Shown: in pieces, positions 29,952 to 39,481 of the stretch
How the letters are laid out: every line of letters begins with the position of its first letter
Position numbering within the stretch: position 1 is the stretch's first letter
Assembly (NCBI GenBank): GCA_947627105.1
Contig: CANQUT010000003.1
Location: 2,144 to 66,143 of the forward strand
Reading direction: 5' to 3'
DNA: 64,000 nucleotides
Origin: an uncultured Clostridia bacterium
Lineage (GTDB): Bacteria; Bacillota; Clostridia; TANB77; CAG-508
The notes under the pieces: generated by a model
Databases searched by the model: none
What the model saw: only the letters and a program-made list of their open reading frames with translations
Told to the model about the DNA's origin: nothing
Translations under genes and position numbers: made by a program

Positions 29952-30101
29952 AAAACAAAATATATTATGAATTCGATAGCGCCGCTCTAGCTGCTAAGCG
30001 AGAGTATCAAGCATTGGTGCGGAACGCTACTGGAGCAGCCTACCAATCATTGGATTGGCTGCGACAAGCAAGGCGCAAAGAATCATAATATATTTTGTTT
30101 T
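29952..30101. repeat. long hairpin: perfect 19-bp AT-rich inverted repeat clamping a ~105-bp GC-rich core
   Basis: aaaacaaaatatattatga (29952-29970) pairs with tcataatatattttgtttt (30083-30101). The core (29975-30079) is much richer in G+C than anything nearby. The element lies between convergent asnS and the trmH-family gene. Confidence 0.7.
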
Positions 30102-30124
30102 TTACTATTATTTATATTAAAAAC

Positions 30125-30940
30125 TTACATTAATTTTTTCCTTACATATTCATATATAATAATACTTGCTGCAACAGAGGCATTTAGGCTTTCTGTTTTG
30201 CCAAGCATTGGTATTTTAACTTTCTCATCTGATAGGTCTTGTATTTCTTTTGAAACACCATTTGCTTCATTTCCAATTATAATTACTTTTTTGTTATAAT
30301 TTATGTTATAAATAGATTTCTCTGTATCTAAGGAAGTGGCCACTATTTCAAATTTATGTTTCTTAATCATTTGCAAAGTCTTTGCTAAGTTCTCTGTTTT
30401 TATTATGTTCATCCTAAATATAGCTCCCATTGTAGAACGTACTACCTTTGGATTATATGGATCTGCCGAATTTTCAGATAAAATAATTTGTTTTAAATTA
30501 GCACTATCTGCCGTTCTTAATATTGTACCTAAATTGCCTGGATCTTGAATTCCATCTAATGCTAGAATAATATCTTCTGAATAATTAATATTTTCTATGC
30601 TATCTCCCTTTTCTACCACGGCTAATATTCCCTGTGGTGTTTGCACTTCTGAAAGCATATTAAATATTTTTTTAGTAACGTAAATGCATTCATATTTAGC
30701 TATTTCATATAGTAAACCTTGTTCAATTTGAGTATTTGGCTTTGTAGCATTTTTTAAGCTTTCTTCTTCGCAGTCTTCACAAATAACAATTGTTTTTATA
30801 TTTACTTTTTCTTCTATTGCTTCTTTTACTAGTTTAATTCCTTCTACAATGTACTCGTTTGTTTCATCACGATATTTTTTTTCTTTTAATTTTTTAATAG
30901 CCTTAATTTGCTCATTATCTTTACTTGAAATAATTTGCAT
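30125..30940 (-). CDS. TrmH/SpoU-family RNA 2'-O-methyltransferase
   Basis: 271 aa with SpoU motifs (LDGIQDPGNLGTILRTA, IIIGNEANGVS, ESLNASVAASI). Confidence 0.85.
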   Translation of the reverse strand: MQIISSKDNEQIKAIKKLKEKKYRDETNEYIVEGIKLVKEAIEEKVNIKTIVICEDCEEESLKNATKPNTQIEQGLLYEIAKYECIYVTKKIFNMLSEVQTPQGILAVVEKGDSIENINYSEDIILALDGIQDPGNLGTILRTADSANLKQIILSENSADPYNPKVVRSTMGAIFRMNIIKTENLAKTLQMIKKHKFEIVATSLDTEKSIYNINYNKKVIIIGNEANGVSKEIQDLSDEKVKIPMLGKTESLNASVAASIIIYEYVRKKLM

Positions 30941-31013
30941 ACCCTTTTTTCCTTTCTAAAATTTTAATTTATATATTTACATTTTACTAATTTGTGTTAT
31001 AATAAAATTATAA

Positions 31014-31269
31014 AGATGAGATACCACTTTGAAATTGTGGTTGCCATCGAGGGAAAAAATTGCACCTCAATGTCCAGTTAGAGGTGCAATTGCTATTTAC
31101 TAAGCATAATTATAATAAATATAATTAAGGTAAACACGGTTATTAATAAAAATATAGTGGTGAAAATAAACATATGTAAAAACATTGCTAATATTTCTAC
31201 CATACCACATCACCTCCTCATCTTTTGAATTGGTGATGGCAACCACAGTTCCTCTATACTATCTCATCT
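31014..31269. repeat. 256-bp unit bounded by 35-bp imperfect terminal inverted repeats, carrying a micro-ORF
   Basis: The left arm agatgagataccactttgaaattgtggttgccatc (31014-31048) was compared with the reverse complement of 31235-31269, agatgagatagtatagaggaactgtggttgccatc. The outer 10 bp and inner 12 bp are identical. Confidence 0.7.
31093..31203 (-). CDS. 36-aa highly hydrophobic peptide (type I toxin-like), not in the ORF track
   Basis: RBS GAGGAGGTG, then an ATG. The product is MVEILAMFLHMFIFTTIFLLITVFTLIIFIIIMLSK. It is followed directly by the terminator ttgcacctc / gaggtgcaa plus a U-run (31089-31054). Confidence 0.5.
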   Translation of the reverse strand: MVEILAMFLHMFIFTTIFLLITVFTLIIFIIIMLSK

Positions 31270-31278
31270 ATACTTATT

Positions 31279-31307
31279 AGTATAAATAAACTTTATTTTA
31301 AAGTCAA
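31279..31307 (-). promoter_or_regulatory. sigma-A type promoter (TTGACT-17-TATACT) reading into the micro-ORF unit
   Basis: The reverse complement of 31279-31307 reads TTGACTttaaaataaagtttattTATACT. Confidence 0.5.
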
Positions 31308-31354
31308 TACATTTTACGAACTCTCATTCTGTTTTCGTATGACAATTTTCGACA

Positions 31355-34300
31355 TTACATAACTAACTCCAAAAATTCTTTTACTTTTGCTAACAATTCT
31401 TTGTCTTGTTTCTTTCCAATTTTAAATGTAACATATGGATTAATTCCTTCTGAAAATCTAATTTGAACACCATATTCTTTTAGTAAGCTATTTACCTTTT
31501 CTACAGGCATTTTTTCTTTTTTAAAATAAAATACTATAGAATCCGGTCTTTGTGAAATTTTAATAACTCCTACTTTTCTTGCAAGTTCTTTAATTCTAGT
31601 TACTTCTAATAAATTTTCAAGTTCTTTTGGAAGTTTTCCATAACGATCTATTATTTCATCTATTACATTTTGTATATCTTCTTCTGTTCTACTAAGTGCT
31701 ATATTTTGATATATTTCAATTTTTTGACTACTATTTTCAATAAAGCTATCTGGTATATAACTAGATACAGATAAGTCTATTTGAATATCTTGCTCTTCTT
31801 CTACTTCTGTTCCTTGCATTTCTTTCATTACATCATCTAATAACTTACAGTAAGTATCATAGCCAACTTGTTCTATATGACCATGTTGCATTTCACCTAG
31901 CATACTTCCAGCACCACGAATTTCTAAATCTCTCATAGCTATTTTAAATCCAGAGCCAAACTCTGTAAATTCTTTAATAGCCTTTAGCCTTTTGTCTGCT
32001 ACTTCTGAAAGAAGTTTATCTCTTCTATAAGTAATATAGCAATATGCTTGTTTATCACTTCTACCTACTCTTCCTCTTATTTGATAAAGCTGTGCTAAGC
32101 CTAATCTATCTGCATTTTCTACAATTATGGTATTGGCATTCGGAATGTCTATACCAGATTCTAAAATTGTTGTACATACAAGCACATTTATTTCATGCTT
32201 TATGAACATTTGCATAATTTCTTCTAGTTCTTTGCCAGACATTTTGCCATGTGCAAAAGCAACTTTTGCTTCTGGTACAAGCTGTGAAATTTCTACTGCC
32301 TTTTTTTCTATGTTTTCTACTTGATTATATAAATAAAATACCTGTCCATTTCTTTCTATTTCTCGTGTAATTGCTTCTTCTATAACTTCTTTATCATATT
32401 CTAATACATAAGTTTGAACAGGCTTACGATTATGTGGTGGTTCATATATAACAGACATATCTCGAACCCCTACAATAGACATGTGAAGCGTTCTTGGAAT
32501 TGGTGTTGCTGTCATTGTAAGTACGTCTACATTAGTTTTTAGTTGTTTTATTTTTTCTTTATCTTTAACACCAAAGCGATGCTCTTCATCTATTATAAGC
32601 AAGCCTAAATCTTTAAATTCTACATCTTTGCTAAGTAAACGGTGTGTGCCTATAACAACATCTACTTCGCCTAATTTTAGCTTTTTAATAATTTCATCTT
32701 GCTCTTTTTTAGTTCTAAATCTATTTAATAGCTCTACTTTCATAGCAAACTCGCTCATTCTATTTTTAAATTCTTCATATTGTTGGTTTGCTAAAATTGT
32801 AGTTGGCACTAAATATGCAACTTGCTTTTGATCCATTACAGCTTTAAAAGCTGCCCTAATTGCTACTTCTGTTTTACCATAGCCAACATCTCCACAAAGT
32901 AATCTATCCATTGGAGATGGCTTTTCCATATCTTGTTTTACTTCTTCAATACATCTTAGTTGGTCTTCTGTTTCTGTGTATGGAAAACTATCTTCAAATT
33001 GTTTTTGCCAAGGTGTATCTTTTGAAAAAGCAAAACCTTTAACTTTTTGCCTTTTAGCATATAGTTCTACCAAATCTTTTGCTACTTCTTCTAATTGTTT
33101 TTTTACTTTGTTAGTAGTAGCGCTCCACTCTTTTCCACCTAATTTATTAAGCCTTGGTGCTGCTTCTCCTCCGCCTATATATTTTCTTACACTATCTAAA
33201 TTAGTAGTTGGAACATATAAAACATCATCATTTCTATATTTTATTTTTATATAATCTTTAGTTACATTATCTGCTGTAATTGTATTAACACCTAAAAATT
33301 GTCCAATTCCATGTGTTTGATGTACTACAAAATCTCCCTGCTTTAAATCTGCAAAAACTATTTTTTCACCTTGTTTAAATGCATTGTTTAGCCTTTTTTT
33401 CTTTTTTACAGGTTCTTCTATTCCTTGCTGCATATTAATTACAACTAGATTTAAATCGTAATTTTCAAAACCTGAAGATAATGCACCTATTGTAACTAAT
33501 ATTTCCCCATCTTTTAAATCTTGTGGGCTTTCTTCATATTTGTAGTTTATTTCATTTTGTTTTAAAATTTCACATGTTTTGTTGCTAGTAGCCGTATTTG
33601 AATTAAATAAAACTACTTTCTTTTTTGATTTTTGATATGTTTTTAAATTAGAAATTAGCATTTCTAGTTCTGGCTTATAAAAGTTAATTTCTCTTGTTTC
33701 AAAATAATATTTAGGCATATTTTTTGCAACATCATTTTGCTCTAAATATATTATTTGCTTTTCATTAAAGTTATATTCAAAATTGCTAATTTCTCTAATT
33801 GCTTCTGGCACAAATCTTTCTTTTTCTATTAATGAATCTATTAAATGGTTGTTATCTAATATAATGTTTTCTTGTCTTTGATTTATTTTTAAATTTTCGT
33901 CTAAAAAGATTAAATATTCTTTTGATAAATAATCTAAAAAAGATGCCTGATTTTCATAAAATTCATTAAAATATTTATCTATTTTGCTAATATAATCTCC
34001 ACTTTTTATTAATTCTATGTCTTCACTTTGATCTGGGAATTTTTCTTCTATTTTCTTTAATGCATTTTCTTTATCTTCTATAATAAATTCATGTGCTGGA
34101 AATATTGTTATTTCTTTTAACATTTCTGTAGACCTTTGCGAAGAAATGCGGAAATATCTAATAGAATCTACCTCATCGCCCCAAAATTCTATTCTTACGC
34201 CAACCGTTTCTGATAAGCCTATATCTACAATTCCACCACGAATACTAAACTGACCTTGATTTTCAATTAGCTCATTTCTTTCATAGCCAAGTTTTACAAA

Positions 34301-34789
34301 TATTTCTTTTAAATCGTCTAAAGAATAGCTATCTCCTACTTTTAAAGCTATTTTATTTTTGTAAAGTTCTTCTTTAGTAATCATTTTTTGCATTATAGCT
34401 TCTATTGTAGTTACTACTATAATTGGGTTTAAGTTTGCATTTTCTACTTTATTTTCATAAAGAAACATTTCATTTAAAATAGATATTCTTTCATAAGGAA
34501 GGTCTTTACTTTCTGCAATGTAATCATAACTTGCTATTTCTCTTTTTGGAAAATATTTTACTTTTAGCCCTAAATTTTTTAAATCTTGGTATAACTTTTT
34601 AGCCTGCAATTCATTGTATGTAATAATACATGCAGGCTTATTTACATTATTTACTATTCCATTTATAAAATGAGATTTTTCTACGTCAACTAAGCCCGAT
34701 ATTGCTACCGGACCTTTTAATTTTTGTATTTCATTTAGAAGTTCTTTAAATTTTTGATTTTGCTCTAATGTATTTTCTAAAAAATTCAT
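31355..34789 (-). CDS. mfd: transcription-repair coupling factor
   Basis: 1144 aa. It has a UvrB-homology N-terminus, a CarD-like RID ([14 protein letters not shown]), superfamily-2 helicase motifs ([19 protein letters not shown]) and a TRG motif. Confidence 0.95.
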   Translation of the reverse strand: MNFLENTLEQNQKFKELLNEIQKLKGPVAISGLVDVEKSHFINGIVNNVNKPACIITYNELQAKKLYQDLKNLGLKVKYFPKREIASYDYIAESKDLPYERISILNEMFLYENKVENANLNPIIVVTTIEAIMQKMITKEELYKNKIALKVGDSYSLDDLKEIFVKLGYERNELIENQGQFSIRGGIVDIGLSETVGVRIEFWGDEVDSIRYFRISSQRSTEMLKEITIFPAHEFIIEDKENALKKIEEKFPDQSEDIELIKSGDYISKIDKYFNEFYENQASFLDYLSKEYLIFLDENLKINQRQENIILDNNHLIDSLIEKERFVPEAIREISNFEYNFNEKQIIYLEQNDVAKNMPKYYFETREINFYKPELEMLISNLKTYQKSKKKVVLFNSNTATSNKTCEILKQNEINYKYEESPQDLKDGEILVTIGALSSGFENYDLNLVVINMQQGIEEPVKKKKRLNNAFKQGEKIVFADLKQGDFVVHQTHGIGQFLGVNTITADNVTKDYIKIKYRNDDVLYVPTTNLDSVRKYIGGGEAAPRLNKLGGKEWSATTNKVKKQLEEVAKDLVELYAKRQKVKGFAFSKDTPWQKQFEDSFPYTETEDQLRCIEEVKQDMEKPSPMDRLLCGDVGYGKTEVAIRAAFKAVMDQKQVAYLVPTTILANQQYEEFKNRMSEFAMKVELLNRFRTKKEQDEIIKKLKLGEVDVVIGTHRLLSKDVEFKDLGLLIIDEEHRFGVKDKEKIKQLKTNVDVLTMTATPIPRTLHMSIVGVRDMSVIYEPPHNRKPVQTYVLEYDKEVIEEAITREIERNGQVFYLYNQVENIEKKAVEISQLVPEAKVAFAHGKMSGKELEEIMQMFIKHEINVLVCTTILESGIDIPNANTIIVENADRLGLAQLYQIRGRVGRSDKQAYCYITYRRDKLLSEVADKRLKAIKEFTEFGSGFKIAMRDLEIRGAGSMLGEMQHGHIEQVGYDTYCKLLDDVMKEMQGTEVEEEQDIQIDLSVSSYIPDSFIENSSQKIEIYQNIALSRTEEDIQNVIDEIIDRYGKLPKELENLLEVTRIKELARKVGVIKISQRPDSIVFYFKKEKMPVEKVNSLLKEYGVQIRFSEGINPYVTFKIGKKQDKELLAKVKEFLELVM

Positions 34790-35009
34790 AAAGCTTAAAT
34801 TCCTTATTTAGTTTTTTACCTTAATATTATAACACATATTAGTAAAATTTAAAACTAATTTTTTTGTATTTTAAGATATTAGCCGTAAAATACCCTATAC
34901 TTTCATATAGGGTATTTTTACAGTTTTGATAACCAAAAATTATCAATTAGATTTTCCTATTAAGGATTATCTTTTAGAAGTGTAACCTCATGAGATAACC
35001 TTCATGGTA

Positions 35010-35285
35010 TTATTCTTTTCTAAGCCTTCTTTCCTCATACTTTCTTTTCATAGATTGTCCTCCACGAATATGCCGCTCCGCCTTGTTTTGCATGAGAACT
35101 TCTCTTGCCTTCTTAGCCAAATCGGGGTCATATTTAGGAAGCACCTCGCTAATGTCTTTGTGGCATGTGGTTTTGCTTATGTCAAATTCTTTTGCAACTT
35201 GTCTTACAGTTGCGTTATGTTCTATAACGTACCGTCCAATTGCTTTCGCTCGCTCAGGAATACCATCATAGCTAAGTAGTATCAT
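35010..35285 (-). CDS. spoIIID: sporulation transcriptional regulator SpoIIID
   Basis: 91 aa. IGRYVIEHNATVRQVAKEFDISKTTCHKDISEVLP...RHIRGG aligns with B. subtilis SpoIIID (IGKYIVETKKTVRVIAKEFGVSKSTVHKDLTERLP...RHLRGG). The gene is noticeably richer in G+C than its neighbours. Confidence 0.9.
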   Translation of the reverse strand: MILLSYDGIPERAKAIGRYVIEHNATVRQVAKEFDISKTTCHKDISEVLPKYDPDLAKKAREVLMQNKAERHIRGGQSMKRKYEERRLRKE

Positions 35286-35436
35286 AAGATTTCCTCCTTA
35301 ATAAAATTATTAGCAAAAGTGCTAATATAATATATTATACAACTTTTTTCGAATTTTTCAATACTAACACGCATATATATTATGTAGTGTTATTAATCAG
35401 CATTTTTTAAAAAATATATAATATGGAGACTTTTAT

Positions 35437-36585
35437 ATGACAAGAGAATTTTCTACTACTTTAGAAGAAATAGACAGATCTAAAAATAATTCTAAAAGTA
35501 AAATAAATATATTTGTATATTCTATACGTAAAAACGCAATAGCTATTCTATTTTGCTTATTTTCTATTTGCTTAGTAGTGTTTTCTCAAGCAAATTTAAC
35601 TGCTGCAAAAAACGGACTTATATTATGGGCAACTGCTGCTATACCTTCACTTTTTCCATTTTTTGTTGCAACAGAACTATTAAGCCATACTAATATTATT
35701 TCTACTTTTGGAAAATATTTTAATATTATAATGAGACCTCTATTTGATGTTCCTGGCGAAGCAAGTTTTGCATTTTTAATGGGACTTATTAGTGGCTACC
35801 CTGTTGGAGCTAAAATAGTTAGTAATTTAAAAGAAAACGGAATCTGTACAAAAGAAGAAGCAGAAAGAATGCTTAGCTTTACTAATAATTCTGGTCCACT
35901 TTTTATTATAGGTACTGTTGGTGTAGGCCTATTTGGAAATGCTAAAATTGGAATTTTGCTGTTTATTACACATGTAACTAGCTGTATTACTGTTGGAATT
36001 TTGCTTAATATAGTTTCTTGCTATAAGAAAAAAAATATAAATAAAACCAATAAATATTTTGCTAATAATATGCTTTCTAAAGATAATTCATCATATAAAA
36101 ATGTTAAGGACAATTCTAATAATATTAGCTTTTCTTCTTTAGGAGAAATTTTAGGGAAAAGTATTACTAATGCTACATCTACTGTTCTTTTAATAGGTGG
36201 ATTTGTTGTTATATTTTCTGTAATTATATCTATTTTAAATGAAAGCGGTGTTATAAGTATTGTTTCAACTATTGTATCACCTATTTTAGGTATTTTTAAA
36301 ATTCCTACTACATTTGCAAGTTCTATAGTATCTGGGTTTGTAGAATTAACAAATGGGGTTAGCTTAGTAGCTAATATTAGCGGAATAAATTTAATAAATA
36401 TAAAAATTATTCTATGTGCCTTTTTATTAGGGTTTGGAGGTATATCTGTTTTATTACAAGTATTTAGTATAATTAGCAAGTCTAATTTATCTATCAAAAC
36501 TTATTTTATAGGAAAGCTTTTGCAAGGCATTATTGCAGCCTTTTATACATTTATTGCTCTTGAGCTATTTCATGTATCTTTATAA
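35437..36585 (+). CDS. ylbJ: YlbJ-like sporulation integral membrane protein (nucleoside-recognition/Gate domains)
   Basis: 382 aa, polytopic, with two Gate-like halves (GLISGYPVGAK...NNSGPLFIIG) and a low-complexity Asn/Lys linker. Confidence 0.65.
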   Translation: MTREFSTTLEEIDRSKNNSKSKINIFVYSIRKNAIAILFCLFSICLVVFSQANLTAAKNGLILWATAAIPSLFPFFVATELLSHTNIISTFGKYFNIIMRPLFDVPGEASFAFLMGLISGYPVGAKIVSNLKENGICTKEEAERMLSFTNNSGPLFIIGTVGVGLFGNAKIGILLFITHVTSCITVGILLNIVSCYKKKNINKTNKYFANNMLSKDNSSYKNVKDNSNNISFSSLGEILGKSITNATSTVLLIGGFVVIFSVIISILNESGVISIVSTIVSPILGIFKIPTTFASSIVSGFVELTNGVSLVANISGINLINIKIILCAFLLGFGGISVLLQVFSIISKSNLSIKTYFIGKLLQGIIAAFYTFIALELFHVSL

Positions 36586-36673
36586 AATTGTATTTATTTT
36601 AAAAAATGAATTTGTATTTTACATAAAATTATAGTATAATAATTGTATTACCTTTAAAAAAGGAGGATTCTTT

Positions 36674-36829
36674 GTGGAAAAAGAATCAAGTAGCAAAGAT
36701 GTTTTGCATATCGAAATTGATTTGCAAAGCGCAACTGTTGCAGATATTAAGGAGTGCTTAAAAAAAACAATTGAATTTGAGTCTTCCTTAAGGCATGCAA
36801 TTTACCTTAAGTCTCCTAGAGAGGGGTAA
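36674..36829 (+). CDS. hypothetical small protein (51 aa, GTG start), not in the ORF track
   Basis: RBS AAAGGAGGA, then GTG. The product is (M)EKESSSKDVLHIEIDLQSATVADIKECLKKTIEFESSLRHAIYLKSPREG. A terminator follows at 36839-36879. Confidence 0.4.
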   Translation: MEKESSSKDVLHIEIDLQSATVADIKECLKKTIEFESSLRHAIYLKSPREG

Positions 36830-36920
36830 ACTATAAAAATTGCTTATATCAAGAAATTTCTGATATAAGCAATTTTTTATATTATGCCTATATTTTGCCA
36901 CTTTTAGTTATATTTAAATT

Positions 36921-37747
36921 TCATTTTTGTTTTAAAGTCTTTTTATTTTCTTTTTCTAATTGTTTTAAACTTTTTTGTGGTGTAGGCAAATCTTCTGGCA
37001 TAGTTCCGTCCAGCTTGTTTAATTGCTTTTCTAACTATTTTCCCAATTTTATTATGAGTATCACAAGCTTTCTTTTCAGTATCAACTTTATCTCTTTTTA
37101 ATCTTGATTCAGTTTGCGTAATACGAAATAAATTAGCTGCAAGTTCCTCACTTCCCATATTATCTAAAATATCTTCTCTGTATCTTAATCCCTTTCTTTT
37201 AGCAATATCATCAGCTCTTTCACCATTATACAAGCCTTTATATCCGCTATTATGGAATTTATCAAAATTTTTTACCCCTGCCTTTTTTGCAGTTTGATTA
37301 AGTGAATAGTTTCCTTTTCTTGTTAAATCTCTTTTCATCTTCTGTTAGTATAGTATATTCTTTTTCTGTAATTTCTTGCTTTCTAGTTTGAACTGCAAAA
37401 TATGTTTGAGCAAGAGCAACAATTTTCAACCTAGGATTTGCATTTTGAGCTATAAGATAACAGGCATATCTTGTTAATTTATAATCTTTTTGTTCTCTTT
37501 TTGCACCAGAACCTATTTCTACCATTTTGTTGTCAACAACGAAATGGTCAATGTCAGTTAACTCAGAGTTTTTACAAGCTATTTTCGCTTTTTCAATTAC
37601 TGCATCAAAATATCTCCAATCTTTATAGCTTAAAACGTTCATTAGTTCTCTAGCATACCAAAATTCAGCACCATTTTCGTCAATATGTTTAATATCTTCA
37701 AATGATTTATTATTTTTATCTAATTCTTTCAATAATATCATCTCCAT
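36921..37747 (-). pseudogene. dinD: DNA-damage-inducible protein D (DinD) homologue with two frame breaks
   Basis: The N-terminal part FEDIKHIDENGAEFWYAREL...RYACYLIAQNANP...QTYFAVQTRKQE matches E. coli DinD. Break 1 is at the T-run 37325-37327 (EDEKR|LTRKGNY). Break 2 is at CGG 37008-37006, where skipping the C gives AG-G-TMPEDLPTPQKSLKQLEKENKKTLKQK* (E. coli: GGTMPEELPTPQVSIKQLE). Confidence 0.8.
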
Positions 37748-37904
37748 TTTTCAATATATTATTTTAATTATTTAGATATTATTATAAAACAGTTGTTTGA
37801 TAAAGTCAACTGTTTTCCCCCCTATTTTTAATTTTTAGGATTTAGCTTTAACACAAGTCCTAAACCTCTATGAGTTTTGACCAATGGTACAAAACTCGGA
37901 GGAT

Positions 37905-37944
37905 GATGTGGTACATACTAAAAAGATGTAATGCATACTAAAAA
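37905..37944. repeat. tandem 20-bp direct repeat (2 units)
   Basis: gatgtggtacatactaaaaa followed by gatgtaatgcatactaaaaa, with 17 of 20 positions identical. Confidence 0.8.
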
Positions 37945-38028
37945 TAAAACTAATAAAAAAAATACCACCCTTCTACAGAATGATATTTGTGTACTTGTCT
38001 GTTCCATTAGTTCGAACAGATACGTCAT

Positions 38029-38040
38029 TGGTAGCGACGG
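38029..38040 (-). repeat. 12-bp direct copy of the tRNA-Met 3' end (att-like)
   Basis: tggtagcgacgg at 38029-38040 is identical to 38804-38815, which is the 3' end of the tRNA on the minus strand. Confidence 0.6.
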
Positions 38041-38161
38041 CTTGTAACAATGCTTATATTCCGCCACTTTTGGTGTTTTTGTTTAGTAAATTGTTTACAA
38101 AGGCTGAGAATTTTTAGAAAATTTTAAAAAATTTGCATAAATATTTACAAATATTATAAAA

Positions 38162-38423
38162 TTAGCAATAAAATTTAATGTCTTGCCCTTCAAAATAATT
38201 TTTCCATTTTTCTAAAATAAAAAAATAATTATCATTTATTAGCCTTTGTATTTTCTTTAAATCCTTTATAGGTATATTACTTTTATTATTAGCAATTATA
38301 CTTCCGCCAGCTTTTGTAAGCCATACTTTTGTAGAATTTCCTGTTGGTATTCCTTTTGATATATGTATATGAATTGGTTCATTATTTTCATTAGACCAAA
38401 AGTATACACTATATCCGCATCAT
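38162..38423 (-). CDS. DUF4160-like protein; frame broken at codon 3 by an in-frame CGG
   Basis: Read normally, the gene is ATG ATG CGG ATA TAG. Skipping the C of CGG (38417-38415) gives MM-G-YSVYFWSNENNEPIHIHISKGIPTGNSTKVWLTKAGGSIIANNKSNIPIKDLKKIQRLINDNYFFILEKWKNYFEGQDIKFYC*, which follows the DUF4160 pattern (FxSNE..EP.HIH..KG...K.WL). Confidence 0.6.
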
Positions 38424-38433
38424 TTCAAATATA

Positions 38434-38718
38434 TTAGGCACTTTCAAGTCCTCCTTCTCTTGCAATTTCAAAAAAATGTGCTGCTCCTTGTTCTACCACC
38501 TTTTTGAATAACTCTATTTCTTCTTCTGTATATTTTCCATCTTGTTCTACAATTTTATAGCTTGGTAATTCAAATACCAATGTATCAAATCCGTGTTCTG
38601 TTGGTCTTTCAAAAACAACTTTTATTACCTCGTCACCATTATCTCTAGTAATAATATCTGAAATAACTAATTCTGTTTCATCTCCATATTTGCATAATGT
38701 ATGCATCATTTTTACCAC
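38434..38718 (-). CDS. hypothetical protein (94 aa) upstream of the DUF4160 gene
   Basis: Clean ORF. No family was recognised. It lies inside the islet bounded by the tRNA-end repeat. Confidence 0.5.
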   Translation of the reverse strand: MVKMMHTLCKYGDETELVISDIITRDNGDEVIKVVFERPTEHGFDTLVFELPSYKIVEQDGKYTEEEIELFKKVVEQGAAHFFEIAREGGLESA

Positions 38719-38781
38719 TCTCCTCTACTAATTAGTATTATAACATGATTTAAGTTATTTTACTACTAATTATAAATAAAA

Positions 38782-38801
38782 AATACCCTTTTTTGGGTAT
38801 T
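38782..38801 (-). terminator. terminator downstream of tRNA-Met
   Basis: Reverse-complement stem aataccc / gggtatt followed by tttttt. Confidence 0.6.
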
Positions 38802-38803
38802 AA

Positions 38804-38880
38804 TGGTAGCGACGGTTGGACTCGAACCTACGACCTACCGGGTATGAACCGGTTGCTCTAGCCAGCTGAGCTACGTCGCC
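38804..38880 (-). tRNA. tRNA with CAT anticodon (Met; Ile2/lysidine type not excluded), CCA encoded
   Basis: The reverse complement is GGCGACGTAGCTCAGCTGGCTAGAGCAACCGGTTCATACCCGGTAGGTCGTAGGTTCGAGTCCAACCGTCGCTACCA. It forms a cloverleaf with the anticodon stem ACCGG/CCGGT and the loop TTCATAC. There is one A-A mismatch in the T-stem. Confidence 0.88.
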
Positions 38881-39005
38881 ATATATTTAAGACGTTTTCT
38901 ATTATATTATCTGTTTTAGTTTTTGTCAAGAGAATTTAGTACAAAACTATAACCAAAGTTAAAGAAAAGCTAAAATTAGCTTTTAGCTTTTCCATATTTT
39001 ATTAT

Positions 39006-39296
39006 TTATTTTTCTATTTCAATATCTTGTTCTTTACTTTGTTTTTCTTGTGCAGCTTTAACTGCAGCTTTAGTATCAACTGTAGCAGTTGGTACATCTA
39101 ATTTACTTGATTTACCACCTTTACCTGCTTTATTACTTGTAGAACTTAATTTTTGTTCTAACTTTTCTACCCTTTCTAAAGAAGCTTTTAATTCTTCTGT
39201 TTCAGGACCATAACTTGTTGCAGTTTCACTTTCATCTGGGTAGTCAACTCCTAAAGTTACATTCCAAAAATGACTTAAACTTTTAACTAAATTCAT
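39006..39296 (-). CDS. hypothetical protein (96 aa), Lys/Glu/Ser-rich
   Basis: ORF only. No motif was recognised. Confidence 0.4.
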   Translation of the reverse strand: MNLVKSLSHFWNVTLGVDYPDESETATSYGPETEELKASLERVEKLEQKLSSTSNKAGKGGKSSKLDVPTATVDTKAAVKAAQEKQSKEQDIEIEK

Positions 39297-39481
39297 ATAT
39301 ACTTCTTAAAATAAATTTTAAGAATTTTCACCTCCATAGGTTTGTTTTTCTTAAATACTATTTTATTATACCACGTTTTGTTAGAAAAATCAAGCTTTTT
39401 GATAATTTTATATGGTTTTAATAAATTAGCCACTGTCCCAAAGGCGACAAACTGCCTTTTTAACAAACGTCTCCAAAGCGA

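Noticed and set aside
35010-35285. Idea that CGG is simply an unassigned or untranslatable codon in this organism
   Set aside because: spoIIID uses in-frame CGG twice. One is at the Arg conserved with B. subtilis (E-R-HIRGG against I-R-HLRGG) and the other aligns with a Lys there (IGRYV against IGKYI). The frame does not break at either. A strict 'CGG always shifts' model therefore fails, and only a partial or context-dependent model or an artefact remains.
37903-37941. 12-codon ORF (MMWYILKRCNAY) after a GGAGGA in the tandem 20-bp repeat
   Set aside because: It is too short, it is generated by the repeat itself, and nothing supports it as a gene.
37961-38125. 54-aa + strand ORF (MIFVYLSVPLVRTDTSLVATACNN...) spanning the att-like repeat
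   Set aside because: It has no RBS and an implausible sequence. It overlaps the tRNA-end duplication, which explains the local sequence.
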